DNA of 64,000 nt from Phoronis australis (taxonomy: Eukaryota; Animalia; Phoronida). The stretch is taken from assembly GCA_002633005.1 (NCBI GenBank), contig NMRA01000033.1, positions 196,397-260,396 of the forward strand. Direction: 5' to 3'. This document shows positions 49,801-62,185 of this stretch, piece by piece (the stretch's first letter is position 1; every line of letters begins with the position of its first letter). A program made the translations under genes and the position numbers. The notes under the pieces are model-generated. The model saw only the letters and a list, made by a program, of their open reading frames with translations, searched no databases and was not told where the DNA came from.

Positions 49801-52800
49801 ACTTAGATAATTTCATCATAGCTTCTGTTCAGCACCATCACAACACCACAAACATCTCAACTCTGAAACGCCACCGTATCCCTATTTTACTTAAACATGA
49901 CTGAATGGCTAGCTTCAACATCTGACTCACTACAAATCTAAGTCTCAGATACAGTCCGAGTCAAGAGTACAATACTCTATATTTCATGACGGCGACATAA
50001 CGTTGCTCCCAACTTGTTCGATTCTATAGCCCAACAACAAGTTGGGAAGTTTACCCCCGTAGCCAATATCTTACACGACTGATTAACTCCATTCTGGCAT
50101 TTAGGCTTGGAGGGCTGGTGCTCTTTTGTTCGATAATTGCTCTAATCTCCGATCAGATCGTATCTAGACCGACTGGGCTGGGCTGATAAAAATGAAAGTT
50201 AAGTTATAACATATTTGAGCTTAAACCAATAGAATTTCTGAATTCCTTGTCAAATACTGATCATGTTCCATTTTTGAATCACCAAAATCGCCCAACTACA
50301 ACAGAAGTTAAGAAATCTATTCTGCCCAAGCGGACGCACTGGGTTTGACTCTGTTCATACGCGTTCGTTAATAACATGCAACCACCATACGTTTCCTTTG
50401 ATGCCTGGGAGATAATTGGCCTGCTTGTTATCATACCGGACAAAAGACTCAGCTGGGCAGTTAACAAAAGAGCCAGATGTTATCGCACGTTCAGCACCCC
50501 TCACATCTGGAAAAGTTACTGAACGACAGAACGCTGTAATGTACTAACGAATGCCTGCTTGACTAACAGCTTCATCAGGCTCATCACTAGGAGGCGCTGT
50601 TTACTGATACATGTCTAAGTGCTACCATTAAATCTCGCAAGCCGTTCAAGCTCACATTAGTATAACTTCTCAAATAACACAACTAACGCAACAGTCAAAA
50701 ACAAAAATACAATTGATATACTAGTTAAATCAACGTCATCACTATCAGACACTAATTTCAGACATAAACTACACATGAGAGGGGTGCAACTGCTCAATTT
50801 CAAAAGCCATCAGTTCACTACAAGATGCCTGCTGCGACTCCTTGAAAGTGACATCGTCTGGGTGCTACTACTAAATCTTACTAGCCACTAGCACACTAAG
50901 ATATGCTACTTTTTAACAACTAACTATATTGAACACCTGGGTGCTGCTGCTCAATCTTGCTAGCCACTAGAACACTAAGATGTGCTAATTTTTGACAACT
51001 AACTATATTACGCACCTAGGTGGTACTGCTTAATCTTGCTACACACTAGAACACTAAGATGTGCTAAGTTCTGACAACTAACTATATTATGCACCTAGGT
51101 GCTACTGCTTAATCTTGCTACACACTAGAACACTAAGATGTGCTAATTTCTGACAACTAACGATATTACGCACCTAGGTGCTACTGCTTAATCATGCTAC
51201 ACACTAGAACACTAAGATGTGCTAATTTCTGACAACTAACGATATTACGCACCTAGGTGCTACTGCTTAATCGTGCTACACACTAGAACACTAAGATGTG
51301 CTAAGTTCTGACAGCTAACAGTAATGAGCACATGGGTGCCACTGCTCAAGCTCACAAGGAGGCTCTACGTTCTGGTAACTGACAGGTTGAGTGCTGGGAA
51401 GCTACTAACTCCACAATCTCAGTGGCAGCAATAACACTAGGAATTCTTTCTGATGAGTACTTATCTCACTGACCAGTAGGGGGCACTACTTTCTGGCAGT
51501 TTTGTTTTTATGCCAAATTGACTTGCAAAATGTAAGGTATTTTTGTGAAAAAATAGCAGTTGTATTCGTCTATGTTATGGTAAGCAAAAACTATGCGTTT
51601 AAAAGAAAAATCCTGATGATGCTTTTGAGACTGATGAATAAATATTAAAATTGGAAAGTTTCACCAAGCCATTTTCGAGAACTCGTGTTCCTAAGTTCAA
51701 AATAATTCGATTTGCCACATTTAGTATTTAAAGCTCCCTGAGAATGAAGTTAAGGTATTTTGCTAGGAATATATTGTAAAAACGGCCAATTTTTTGTGAA
51801 TAAGATTTGAGACATCCTAAAACACTTATATCAAATGAAATTTTGTCATGATGTTAATAACATTGTTATGTTACCTACGTGCCTCTTTTTTGACAAATGT
51901 TACTAAAAATACAAGGTCATGTGACCCAATTAATGGCAGACTGATAAAAAGTCAGAGATCAAATGTTACGGGCCTTCTACCGTCACAAAATGGATACTTT
52001 TACTGAATTAAAATCTATAGCTTTGTAGATACTTTGCTAAAATACACAAGACTTGTTGAGGTCCTACATAACCGGGCCCACTAAGAAGCTAGTGCTGCTA
52101 AATCTCAGTGGTTGCTAGCTAACTAAGAAGAGCTACTTTCTGACAACTGACTAGTACAGAACTGGGGTGCTACTCGGCTCAATCGTACTAGCCATTAGCT
52201 CACTTGCACTGGCAGCAGTCTGCACTTTATCATGCCACTTAGCAAGCCACTTCCTACCGGTTACGCCCGCCTCCGTCTTCCATTGCTGCATGTTGTTATG
52301 CAGACATTCATTCCACTCTCGACGTAGTCTGTTGCAGCCACCTGAAACGTGTCATGAACCCGAGTTAAATGTTTGTGCAGATAACGGATTCAGCACAGGA
52401 AAGAGAAATCACTATAAATATGATATGATGGCATTAGATGAAAGAAAAAACAACGGAAAACTTGAGTGTAAATAACCACAAGGTTTTGAATCTGGGCCCA
52501 GGGTCTAATCTCCAGACTCAGACGTGACTCAGACTCGAAACTTAACCAATCGCATTGCAAGATTCAAGTACAAATTGAAGTGGTAAGAAATAAAAAAATA
52601 AAACACTCGAGCAATTAATACACCTAGATAAGCACCGGATGAACTCTCAATGATAACATGGTTTGTCATGTTATAGAGAAAGGTAATCTAAAAGCCACAT
52701 GATCTAAAAGCCACATTTCTTGAGTGGCTGCTGTCGTCATAACTACTTGGCAGCCAAGTATGTTGTTCACAATATACCATCATACTAACAGACGGATTCC

Positions 52801-55800
52801 TTTGAAATTTGGAATTTAGATAGATTTCCTCAAGGTCTTCTAGAGATGTGCATTGACTGTTTCTTGTTCATATTGGTGGGGCATTGTCCGTTTTTTTGAT
52901 GGTGTTGGTGGGGCATTGACTGTGTTGTTGATGGTGTTGGTGGGGCATTGTCTGTGTTGTTGATGGTGTTAGTGGGGCATTGTCAATGTTTTTGATGGTG
53001 TTGGTTGGGCATTGTCAGTGTTGTTGATGGTGTTGGTGGTACATTGTCTGTATTGTCTGTGTTGTTGATGGTGTTGGTGGGGCATTGACTGTGTTGTTAA
53101 ATATTTTGCTGACGGCAATTTGTTGATGTTATTGATAGCGGTAATCCCGAGATTGCTTGGCATTGTGAGCGTCCAGTGTAAAAGATGTGGTCTTCGAGGT
53201 CTTCCTCTGAGTTGTATATGATGGTGTCAGTACCTTCACTGTTCTCACTTTTTCACCCAAAATGGCCAAATGCTGCTCCTCAGAGCATTATTTCACATTT
53301 CACTTACTCAAGGATAGTGACAAGGTATTCTCCATTTCAAAGCATTTAAATGGTGTTCAAAAATCCCCTTAAAACATTATAAATCGTCTAGTACTTCTTT
53401 AAACATTTGATGAAGCACTTAAAAAATAACAAGTACTGGTTCTCACTAACAGTACAGGAAGTCACCTACCCTTGGTGATTGGACTCCGAGGCGTCGACGT
53501 CCGACTACCTATGGAGAAGGTGGAGCCGTTGGACAGTTTCTCCTCAGCAATGGTGGTGTCAGAGGACCGCGTCGGAGGCGAGCTCTGCACCGAGGCAATG
53601 ACCTTGTCCAACATGTCATTCATGACGGTGAAGCTGGGGTCAACGATGAAGTCAATGAAACCTAAGCGGGAACCATGTAGAAACATGATTGTAGGTAACT
53701 GTCAACACACAGAATAGCCACCGAGTGTCTGGAATGGTTAACACAAGTCTACATAATGGTAAACGCCTTGCGACTAAAAAGCACTTGCTAAAGAAACTAC
53801 ACAGGCGGCAGTAATATATAGTCACGATAACAGGTCCTGCATTTTGAGAACCATTCTTCTCCACTGAACAACGGACATCAAAGTGGTTCTCAAAATCAGG
53901 GACACGTGACTACCATCCACATGGCTACAAATTTTATGTCGCTCACATCTCTTGAGTGAGTACACAAATGGATAACGCCTAAATAGATCCGCAAATAACA
54001 GAAGTTCAAAAAATAACAAGATCAACAGTTCATGTTGATTGACAAAACTTAACACCAGTATACTGAGAGCATTTTGCTCAACTGAACACTGTGCTCTTTT
54101 TCATACAACTGCCTCACTCAGTAAATGTAACAGATTACGCCAGAAGTACTACATGGTCCAAAAGGTGGGTGGTATTAAAGTGTTCTGATTTCTAATTGTT
54201 TTCACGCATGCTTTTACATGCTGAGTTTTACAACTAGTACGTGACCTACAGACCTATCTGAGACTGCGCCACGAGCGTGTTATTGCGGTCACAGAGTGGC
54301 GAGAAGGGCAGGCCAAGGTCCTTTTCGCGGTCTCCTTGTTGAAAGAACTCCTCCAGTAGTAGCATGGTCCAGCGGTGGTGCAGCGCCCACTCCTTGGCTG
54401 GGTGACTGATGTCACAGCAGTGCAGGATTAGTGATAACGCCTTAGACTTGTCGATGCTGTATGGAAGAGGAACCACAGTTATTATAACATGAGGAACCCC
54501 ATACAGGACAAAATTGGCCACGGGATGATGAATGATAACCCAAAGGTTGAAGTTTGCTAAGGTGAACACAACAGCCCACTGAATTCAGTCCAACTGCTTG
54601 GGCTGTAGGTCATCTTCGTTATTACATCATAAACTATGTGCCTGTTGACAGCCCAGTCAGTTGGCTTGAGCAAGTAAAATCATTACTTTTCACAGAAAAA
54701 ACAATAAAAACATTAAGTATATAAAATTGTACTTGCCTCTTATATTGTGGAGAGAATGCACTCTGACTACTGGAACATGCATATGACATAGTGCAATTGG
54801 TAATGAACCCATCAAAATAGATTTGACTTCACATCTTACCCAAGGCATGTCGAAACTGTTGCTATTACAAACAATAGCAGACACATTTAGGAGAGCTTTA
54901 TTAGTCATGAAATTTAAGTTTTCCTCTAATTATCAATAGATGGGGAAAAGAAAAAACAAAACAAAGGATGGCACGTACAATGAAGGCCACCATGAGTTAC
55001 AGGTTACTCTTTTCTTGATGAAGGTCAAAGAACAGTTATTCATCCATTTTCAATAATTTACACAATCGAGGTGCTATCTAAAGGTATCGGCCAATTCACA
55101 AACAACAAGAGCAATGCTAAGGCATTGACAAGTATCCGTGGTGCATCGCATACGATATGTTTCTACGGAACTCTAGAAGGTGCTGCAGTAGTCAATTGAC
55201 ATCATACACGTCTGCGTTAACTTTCATTGAAATCTTTCACTCAGTTCTATACATATCATCCGAAAACGCTCACACAAAATGCCCACTTGAAGGAACTGCA
55301 TTTGTTGCATCTGGCAGAAAATCAAATGGTGCCAGCGCAATCTCACCCAAAAACGTTCTTCCCAAAAAACTCTTCAAAAGCCCATGTCAAAAAACAAAAT
55401 GGTCACTAGAAGGTGCTACGTACAGTGAATGAATTCGCCCGAAAATTTAATGGTGCCGCCACAGTGTCATCACAAACCTCTTTGTCAGCATTCATTGAAA
55501 TCCTTCACTCAGTTATCTACATAATCCTGAAATGCTCTCGCACAAAATAGCCACTAGGAAACATTACAGTTGTCGAATATGCCGAAAATCAAATGGTGCC
55601 AACGCAATCACATAATATACCCCTGCGTCAAGTTTGAATGAAACCTGTCAATTGCATGGTTCTTTACATATCATCCGGAAATTCTCTTCCCCCAAACAAC
55701 ATTTCAAAAGCCCATGTCGAAAAACAAAATGGCCACTAAGAAGTTCTAGAGTAATCAGATCCTCCTGAAAATTTAATGGTGCCGCCGCATTACAATCACA

Positions 55801-58800
55801 AAGCTCTGTGTCAACTTTCATTGAAATACCTCACTCAGTCCCCTACATATCATCTAGAAACGCCCCCAAACAAAATGGCCACTTGGAGACACTGCAGTAG
55901 TCGAATATACCGAAAACCAAATGGTGTCGACGTAATGTTATTATCAAGCTCTCTTCCCCAAAACAACACTTGAAAAGCCCCTAATTGAGAACAAAATAGC
56001 CGCTAGGAGGTGCTGCAGTGGTTGAATCCGTCCGAAAATTTCATCTTGCTGGCCCATTGATACCACACACCTTTGTGTCAAGTTTCACTGAAATCCGTCA
56101 ATTCGTTCTCTAGATATCATCCAGAAACACTCTTCCCCCAAAATACAGAAAAAGCCACGCCGCCCCCAGGGAGTGGGGCAGGTTAAAAAGTGGCACAAAA
56201 CATTCTAGTGATGCCCCCCACCCTTGAGCCAAATTTTGTCAAAATCTGACCAGGAGTTTTTGAGATGTCCAGCGGACACCCAGACAATGACAACAATAAG
56301 CACCCACACATACATGGGCGCATAAAAAATCTAGTCCCGTTAGAGGTATCTTACTTCTCTGGCATGGACAACAGGTTCTTCATGTTCTTGATCTGCTGGA
56401 AGTGGGAAGACATGTCCGTGGCCAGCACTTGGTCTATCACCAGCGTTCGAAACTCTCTACAAAGTAACACAAGAATGAGATGGCGAGTGCTCAATGGATG
56501 AAAAACAAAAGTGACAATTAGTGCACTCTAGATACACGTCGAAAAGTTTTTAGTCTACGAGTATCGAATATACTGCACAATAGAGCCTATGTAAAATACG
56601 GTAGTCTCACCAATTTTGAATAGAAACGATTGCCAAAATGCTCTTTTTTCATTTTCAAGTGCTTCTACAATTTTTCAAAACTTTGTCTTATGGTAGCCGT
56701 GGTACAAAACTTGAACATGGAAATGCATTTGCTGCATCTGTTGCATTGAAAAAATGATAAAATAAAATTTCACTTGTCGGCCATTGTGTCCTAAATTGGC
56801 GCGATTTTACGGTAAACCAAAAACAACTATTCTGAAAATGATAATTTTCACAACTTCTTTTAGAAGATGGGGATTTTCTTGGTAGGCAGTCCCACAATTA
56901 TTGGCACCATCAATGATCCTTCCTCAATTTGCCAAGACATGTTCCTATTCGGTTCATACTCAGACCAAAGATCACACTTAAAGAAAGTGATAGTAATTTT
57001 CAGTCTTTGAACTTCACAATTTTTTACCGAAAAAATGTTATCCTAAATTGTGGATGTGGTCTGACCTGTACTCCTGGCGGCTGAGGTTCGCCAAAATATT
57101 GTGGTCATCGCCCTTCAACAACCTGAAGGCGGCACTGATGTGATGGTTCTCCAGCACAGCTCTGTCATTATACAGCATGGCAACGTCCGAACTGCAATCG
57201 GTCACATGAGCACACCAATAAACACCCGAAATTTCAACCAAGTCTCATCTCAAGAAAGCCTTAAATAATTCAGTCCTCAAAACTTCGACTGCAGAGTGTA
57301 CATGAAGTGATCTGGTGTTGCACCAACTTTGAGGAATAATGGCAATGAATTTAGATTGCTATTTGAAACTGCGCACACATCAATTCCACTATATGCCAAT
57401 GTTTTATGGTCAGCAGTTGGTTTAAAGCCCGTTTCTTTTTCCTCTTTAAAGAAAGGCACATGCAGCGACATTTTTGAAAACCCAATGATTTGACTCATGT
57501 TTCTTGATGCAAGCCTTTCATATTGTTGTTTTTTTAATACAGCCAGTTAAGCAGTCATTATTACACATGATAACACAATGACCCAAACAGTGTTCCATGA
57601 CTGCTTCAAAAGAGCGGGAACTCATCATGGCCAACATGATTCACACGAGTTTGAAGTATTTGAGTGGGACCTTAAAGTTATGCAGAACACTAGCAAAATT
57701 TCTAAGTTTAGCTAAGTTCAGAACATCATATTCAAAAACGGCAAATTGGATAAATATGAAATTTACAGATAGTATGCTTTATGCATTGTTCTCCAAAAGG
57801 TTGTTAGGAATTGTTTTAAAAATTTCCATTTTTGCATACTGGGGATATCCAAAATAGTACTTTTAAGATTTTTACAAAGAATCATAAGTTGCATAAAATG
57901 GAGATGAAATAATTATTAAGAAAACATTAACGATCGTTTTTGAGATTTCATCTTAAACATTTACATCTCTTAAAATTTGTCATTGTTTTGCAAGCAGTTG
58001 CATTTTTTGGTTAAATTTTAATAAAAAGACAAGGTAACGAGTTCGAAATATTGGCAGTTTGCTAAAAAGTCAAAAATAAAATTCTGAACACTTTTGTCTT
58101 TCAGAAAATGTTTTGAAATCTGGAGTTTTGTAGATACTAGGCTAAATAAGCCCACTCGTCGATAAGGCCCTACATTATCCCTAATGTGGAAGAGATGCCT
58201 TCAGAGAGAACAGGCAAGAACAACTCTAGCATGGTTACTCAGGCAACAATAGAGCTTTTCAAAATGGGGAATTACATACCAAAACTAACACCCGAGTAGC
58301 TTTCGCTTTTACCCCTAACCCAACATCAGATTGGTTGCTGAAGGTGCAATGGTGTTCTGTCGACACTGCTTCATGTGATGTAATAATTGTACAAATCCAA
58401 ATGAGTTAATGTGAATCTGGTAATTACCCAGTCATGATATGGAAGTTGTTAGTTTGTCCCGTGTGCTCAAAGTCGTGGATGGCGGCAGCAAAGACAGTGG
58501 CAAGGAGCTCCAGATCTGTCAGCCATTGCTGAAATATCATTCAAAGCGGCTACAAACCAGCTTTTTATCAAAGAGCCAACCTTTAATTTGAAACGCTTCA
58601 GGGCTTGGAATGACCAATGACAAAAAACGCGGAAACTTTGAAACTTTTACGGCCCAAATCATGCCCGATAACCAGCCTTGAAATGGTCGATGTGAACCAA
58701 AAATCGGGAGGACTAAAAAAAAAAAAAAACATTACCACCATCAGTAGCATGCGTCTGCGTCCTTTTNNNNNNNNNNNNNNNNNNNNNNNNNNNNNNNNNN

Positions 58801-61800
58801 NNNNNNNNNNNNNNNNNNNNNNNNNNNNNNNNNNNNNNNNNNNNNNNNNNNNNNNNNNNNNNNNNNNNNNNNNNNNNNNNNATCCCACCACGCTGTCCCA
58901 GATGCCCCGGCAATGTTGACAATTTACGTTCCTCCGAAACATAAAGAGCAACTTCCGCTTTTCGAGGTGAACATCGTCTGCAACGCCGCGGTAAGAAAGG
59001 AATTTGCCGCGGAAATTTTATATCAAATCCGATTTTTTACGCGGAAATATAAAAAAAGCGGAAAGCACATTTGAAAAAAGCGGAAATCCGCGTTTCCGCG
59101 GAAAATTCCAAGCCCTGACGCTTACTGTCGCAAAACTAGAGTGTATTCCTGGGAAGAACAGGAAGGTTGTTCACTATACTGGCGACACTTGGCGTGCGTT
59201 CAGTAACGCTAGGACCTACGCTAAGACCTAGCTAAAATCTAGCCAAAGTCACGCATTCTCATTTAAAATACACGGCAAGATCTCGGGCAATCTCGCGAAG
59301 TCTTGCTTTTCAGCGAGGTTCTAGCGTTACTGAATGGGAGGCTGGCTCAACAAGGAATAAGTCAAGGCAGGTCACTTTATGAGCTGCCACAAGTTCAAAT
59401 GTCCAACAACCTCATCTAATCTTAGTGACAAACAAGTTTATATCAGTTTATACATAGTGGCAAGTGGTCTAAATTAAGTCCATGACAGCATTTTCCGTTC
59501 AGTAACTTAACCAGATGTAGGGGGTGGTGAGCGTGTGATAACATCTAGCTTCTTTGTTAACTGTCAAGCACAGTCTTTTGTCTGTTATGACAACAGACAG
59601 GCCAATTATCTACCAGGCTTATTACAGACCACGTGTGAACACGGTCAAACTCAGAGTGAATTGGTGTATTCGGAAAGGATAGATTGTCGTAACTTTGGTT
59701 GCAGTTGGGCGATCTTGGCGATTCAAAAACTAAACATGATCACCATTTGAAGAAGATTTCAGAAATGCTATTGGTTTATGTTCAAATATGTTATAAATTA
59801 ACTTTTATTTTTAACAGCACAGCCCAGTCAGGGTAGATACCATCTTATTGGAGATTAGAGCAATTATCGAACAAAAGAGAGCTGGCCCTCCAACCATAAA
59901 TGCCAGAATGGAGTTAATCAGTCGTGNNNNNNNNNNNGGGGGGTAAACTTCCCAACTTGCTGTTGGGCTATAGAATCGAACAAGTTGGGAGCAACGGGAA
60001 AACGCCGTAATGCTTTTTTGGCTTGCACAGGTATATAGCATCTTTAAGTCACAGTCATTTTACCATGATTACACTATATTATTTCATGAGTTATCTGACA
60101 TTCAATAAGTGCATATTATTTCAGAGTCCTACAAAAAACAAAACCACATGTTGAAAGAGTATTTCCAAAAATGCTGACGTCAGCAAAAACTATCTATGCA
60201 CGCTTTAATATCACGGTCACTCAACATCTTTTCCTGAGGCAATGCATGACTAGTTGTAAGCGGACACATGAACAGAAATTTCCAGATTTACTTATCTAAA
60301 GAGAATCCATAAATCTGAAGTACAAAGTGGACAATTCTGGCATGAAGAGAACTGCTAATGCTGCTAGTAATGCTTGGTGTCTCTTCTGAACACGGACTTC
60401 AACAAAGATTGATACAGTCAAGAGTGCCACACTGTGGAGGCTCGCTACACCTACCGACAGACCGCTGGTGGACAGGACGTAATAGACTGTCTGAGCCACG
60501 TCGGCGCCATGCACCAGATTGTGATACGGGTTCTTGTGTTTGCTGTACCCCTGCTGTAGTAGACCGAGGAAGTTCTCTAGGGTACTGGAGGGGATCTGTG
60601 ACAAAGAGCATGGGGAACTTTAAGAAATTCCAACAATACAGCATGTAACGTACAAACAACGAAACAGTTTTCACAAATCTTTTTACAGTGACCTGCTCCT
60701 CAACTTGGCCTGTAATGCTCAATAAAGTCAACATCCTGAAATGCCACCATTTTTGCAAATCATTGCTTTGGTTCATATTTTGGGGCAGGAAACTTAGGTT
60801 CAGGTTCATTAATATCATGAATTAGCGTTTGGCATTCCACTCACATAGACTCAAAGGAGTTGATCAATGGGGAGATTCATTCCAGTTTTAACTAAGTCAT
60901 TTAGTACAGTTCGACCTAATCAGCGTTGCATTACTGAAATGGAACAACACTTTTGATCTACAACGATCTTGAATTAGTAAAAAATCATGCAGGTCCACCG
61001 GACTAACAATTTTGTAGCACAATTTGATTAAATGCCTTAATAGTTTGTTTTCTTCTTAGTGAGAACTTCATTTCATGATTGAGATATGCAGCACTAGCCA
61101 AGAAAAGACCACTAATCCAGTAAAACTGAATGTAAAATATACTCAATACTTTATTTATATTCCACTTTACATGGGGCAGACGCATACTATACTTCCCACA
61201 CAAACTGAACATAGCGAAAAATGGTATCTACATCAACTTTTACTATACCAATGAGAGTGAGGCCAACGACGTCTGGCTTTTGTTTAATGTGCTTGTCTAT
61301 CGGTGAGATATGCAAAGTAAGCAGAATGATTTGACAACTTAGCAAGCATCTGAATACCAAATTGCAAGAAATTAAAAATTCCACACCATTCCTGTTCCTC
61401 TTGGGGCTTGTGCTAATTGAGAAATAGTAAACATGTAAAGATGGATTCCGCTTGTGGAGCCTCATAAATATTTGGCTTACCCGATACTTGTTAATGAGGT
61501 CGTGTCTTTGCAAAAGCTCGTAGCAGACGTATTTGAGCGCATTGCCATCGCTGGCATCATTGAGGCTGAACACATCAAAGCTCCAGTTGTCAAGATTCTA
61601 CAAGCAGATGACAAACAAACCGCTAATATTGGAGGAAGAGTGTTGTTAACAATGTCATAGAAAAAGACCATCGCAGTTTTCTTCTCAATCAACACTCTTG
61701 GGAAAATCAATTTCTCGATCCAACACAGTTAAATTCTCGTGCTAATTTACACAAAGTGGAACAAACTATTGTTCCTGTTCTGTGCGAGTTGTTAGATTTT

Positions 61801-62185
61801 TTATGATCCAATACATGAAAAAGAAATGATGCTTCTGACAGTATCATACACACAACTAACATACCACACTCAGGACCGACTGAACTTTGCACGCACCCAA
61901 TTTTAAGTTAAGCCGCCTACTATGAGACAACTTACTTTCAACAACAGGAGGACATTAGGAGGGATGTGGAGACCAGCAAAGCTGGACATGCGTCGGTAGA
62001 TCCGGTCGACCATGATTCCGGCACGCACGGCATTGGCTACGCTGCGGAACTTGGGTCGACTGCCGGGGCCGCCACGTACATTACTCATGGAGCGCGTGAA
62101 GGTGGATGCCAGCCAATCACGCACCTCACTCGGTACCGCGTCTGGCTCCACTTCGCTAAGTTCATCGTCCTCGTCGCACAGCCGC
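46675..62185 (-). CDS. PDE1: Ca2+/calmodulin-dependent cyclic nucleotide phosphodiesterase 1, 5'-partial (10 coding exons in window)
   Basis: complement(join(46675 or 46692-46832,52258-52341,53470-53661,54254-54456,56355-56456,57066-57191,58428-58528,60455-60595,61481-61597,61936-62185)). GT-AG introns with consistent phases; PDE1 N-domain EVRDWLASTFTR, CaM-binding KFRSVANAVRAGI, catalytic YHN..HGADV, HDFEHTG, ENHH, ATDM, DISHP, QIGFID. Confidence 0.95.
47271..47560 (+). mobile_element. Penelope-like element 3' fragment (GIY-YIG endonuclease C-terminus)
   Basis: Frame from 47271 reads DVTILDCEEDWFRRGLKEALYERIESPSLNRRGGLRFDLS, the typical PLE ILD.E..W..R..KEA....P.LNR.GG pattern. Confidence 0.8.
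48433..48708. mobile_element. MITE with CATG ends and 5-bp TSD
   Basis: catgcacacacccag / ctggggcgcgcatg; perfect TSD taggg; a related end ggctgggtgcgcgcatg occurs near 35645-35661. Confidence 0.75.
50001..50242 (+). repeat. Dispersed repeat, copy A (inverted relative to 59757-59996)
   Basis: cgttgctcccaacttgttcgattctatagcccaaca.. matches the reverse complement of 59757-59996. Confidence 0.85.
50858..51345. repeat. 79-bp minisatellite, ~6 copies, with degenerate copies nearby
   Basis: Unit starts at 50858, 50937, 51016, 51095, 51174, 51253 (ctaggtgctactgcttaatc..). Confidence 0.92.
52258..52341 (-). CDS. PDE1: PDE1 exon (terminal helix of the catalytic domain)
   Basis: GCNRLRREWNECLHNNMQQWKTEA matches the W...N...WK helix; tttcag acceptor, gtagga donor. 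Confidence 0.8.
52873..53098. repeat. 32-bp GT-rich minisatellite, ~7 copies
   Basis: gcattg recurs at 52881, 52913, 52945, 52977; unit gatggtgttggtggggcattgtctgtgttgtt. Confidence 0.9.
53470..53661 (-). CDS. PDE1: PDE1 exon
   Basis: GFIDFIVDPSFTVMNDMLDKV followed by a Ser/Thr-rich insert. Confidence 0.9.
54254..54456 (-). CDS. PDE1: PDE1 exon
   Basis: IDKSKALSLILHCCDISHPAKEW..EEFFQQGDREKDLGLPFSPLCDRNNTLVAQSQI. Confidence 0.95.
55104..56329. mobile_element. Helentron-associated (HINE-like) non-autonomous element carrying a degenerate tandem array
   Basis: Starts aacaagag; internal repeats aatggtgcc / ttcattgaaatc..cactcag / catatcatcc / aaaatggccact; ends with a small hairpin gcaccca..tgggcgc plus an A-run. 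Confidence 0.55.
56355..56456 (-). CDS. PDE1: PDE1 exon
   Basis: EFRTLVIDQVLATDMSSHFQQIKNMKNLLSMPE. Confidence 0.93.
56597..56814. mobile_element. Tc1/mariner-type MITE (TA-flanked); related ends near 10620-10668 and 33985-34041
   Basis: tacggtagtctcaccaattt / aaattggcgcgattttacggta; shared tgtcggccat..tgtgtcctaaatt motif. Confidence 0.5.
57066..57191 (-). CDS. PDE1: PDE1 exon
   Basis: SDVAMLYNDRAVLENHHISAAFRLL..NILANLSRQEY. Confidence 0.93.
58428..58528 (-). CDS. PDE1: PDE1 exon (HD motif)
   Basis: QWLTDLELLATVFAAAIHDFEHTGQTNNFHI. Confidence 0.93.
58599..59117. mobile_element. hAT-like MITE with 6-bp TSD, spanning an assembly gap
   Basis: Perfect 13-bp TIR cagggcttggaat / attccaagccctg; TSD acgctt; many gcggaaa subterminal repeats. 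Confidence 0.75.
58767..58880. other. Assembly gap (N run)
   Basis: Run of N characters. Confidence 1.
59191..59342. mobile_element. Short MITE candidate
   Basis: 14-bp inverted repeat ttcagtaacgctag / ctagcgttactgaa. Confidence 0.5.
59757..59996 (-). repeat. Dispersed repeat, copy B
   Basis: Reverse complement of 50001-50242; contains a short N run. Confidence 0.85.
60455..60595 (-). CDS. PDE1: PDE1 exon (YHN motif)
   Basis: IPSSTLENFL..GYSKHKNPYHNLVHGADVAQTV. Confidence 0.93.
61481..61597 (-). CDS. PDE1: PDE1 exon
   Basis: NLDNWSFDVFSLNDASDGNALKYVCYELLQRHDLINKYR; tag acceptor, gtaag donor. Confidence 0.93.
61936..62185 (-). CDS. PDE1: PDE1 exon (inhibitory segment and second CaM-binding site)
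   Basis: RLCDEDDELSEVEPDAVPSEVRDWLASTFTR..KFRSVANAVRAGIMVDRIYRR; tgcag acceptor, gtaag donor. Confidence 0.95.

Noticed and set aside
50555-50597. Possible extra PDE1 exon (APPSDEPDEAVSQA)
   Set aside because: Poor polypyrimidine tract and only a GC donor; not needed for phase continuity.
50858-51345. Regular repeats considered as a CRISPR array or coding repeat
   Set aside because: Whole 79-bp units repeat with no unique spacers, the period is not a multiple of 3, and the context is eukaryotic.
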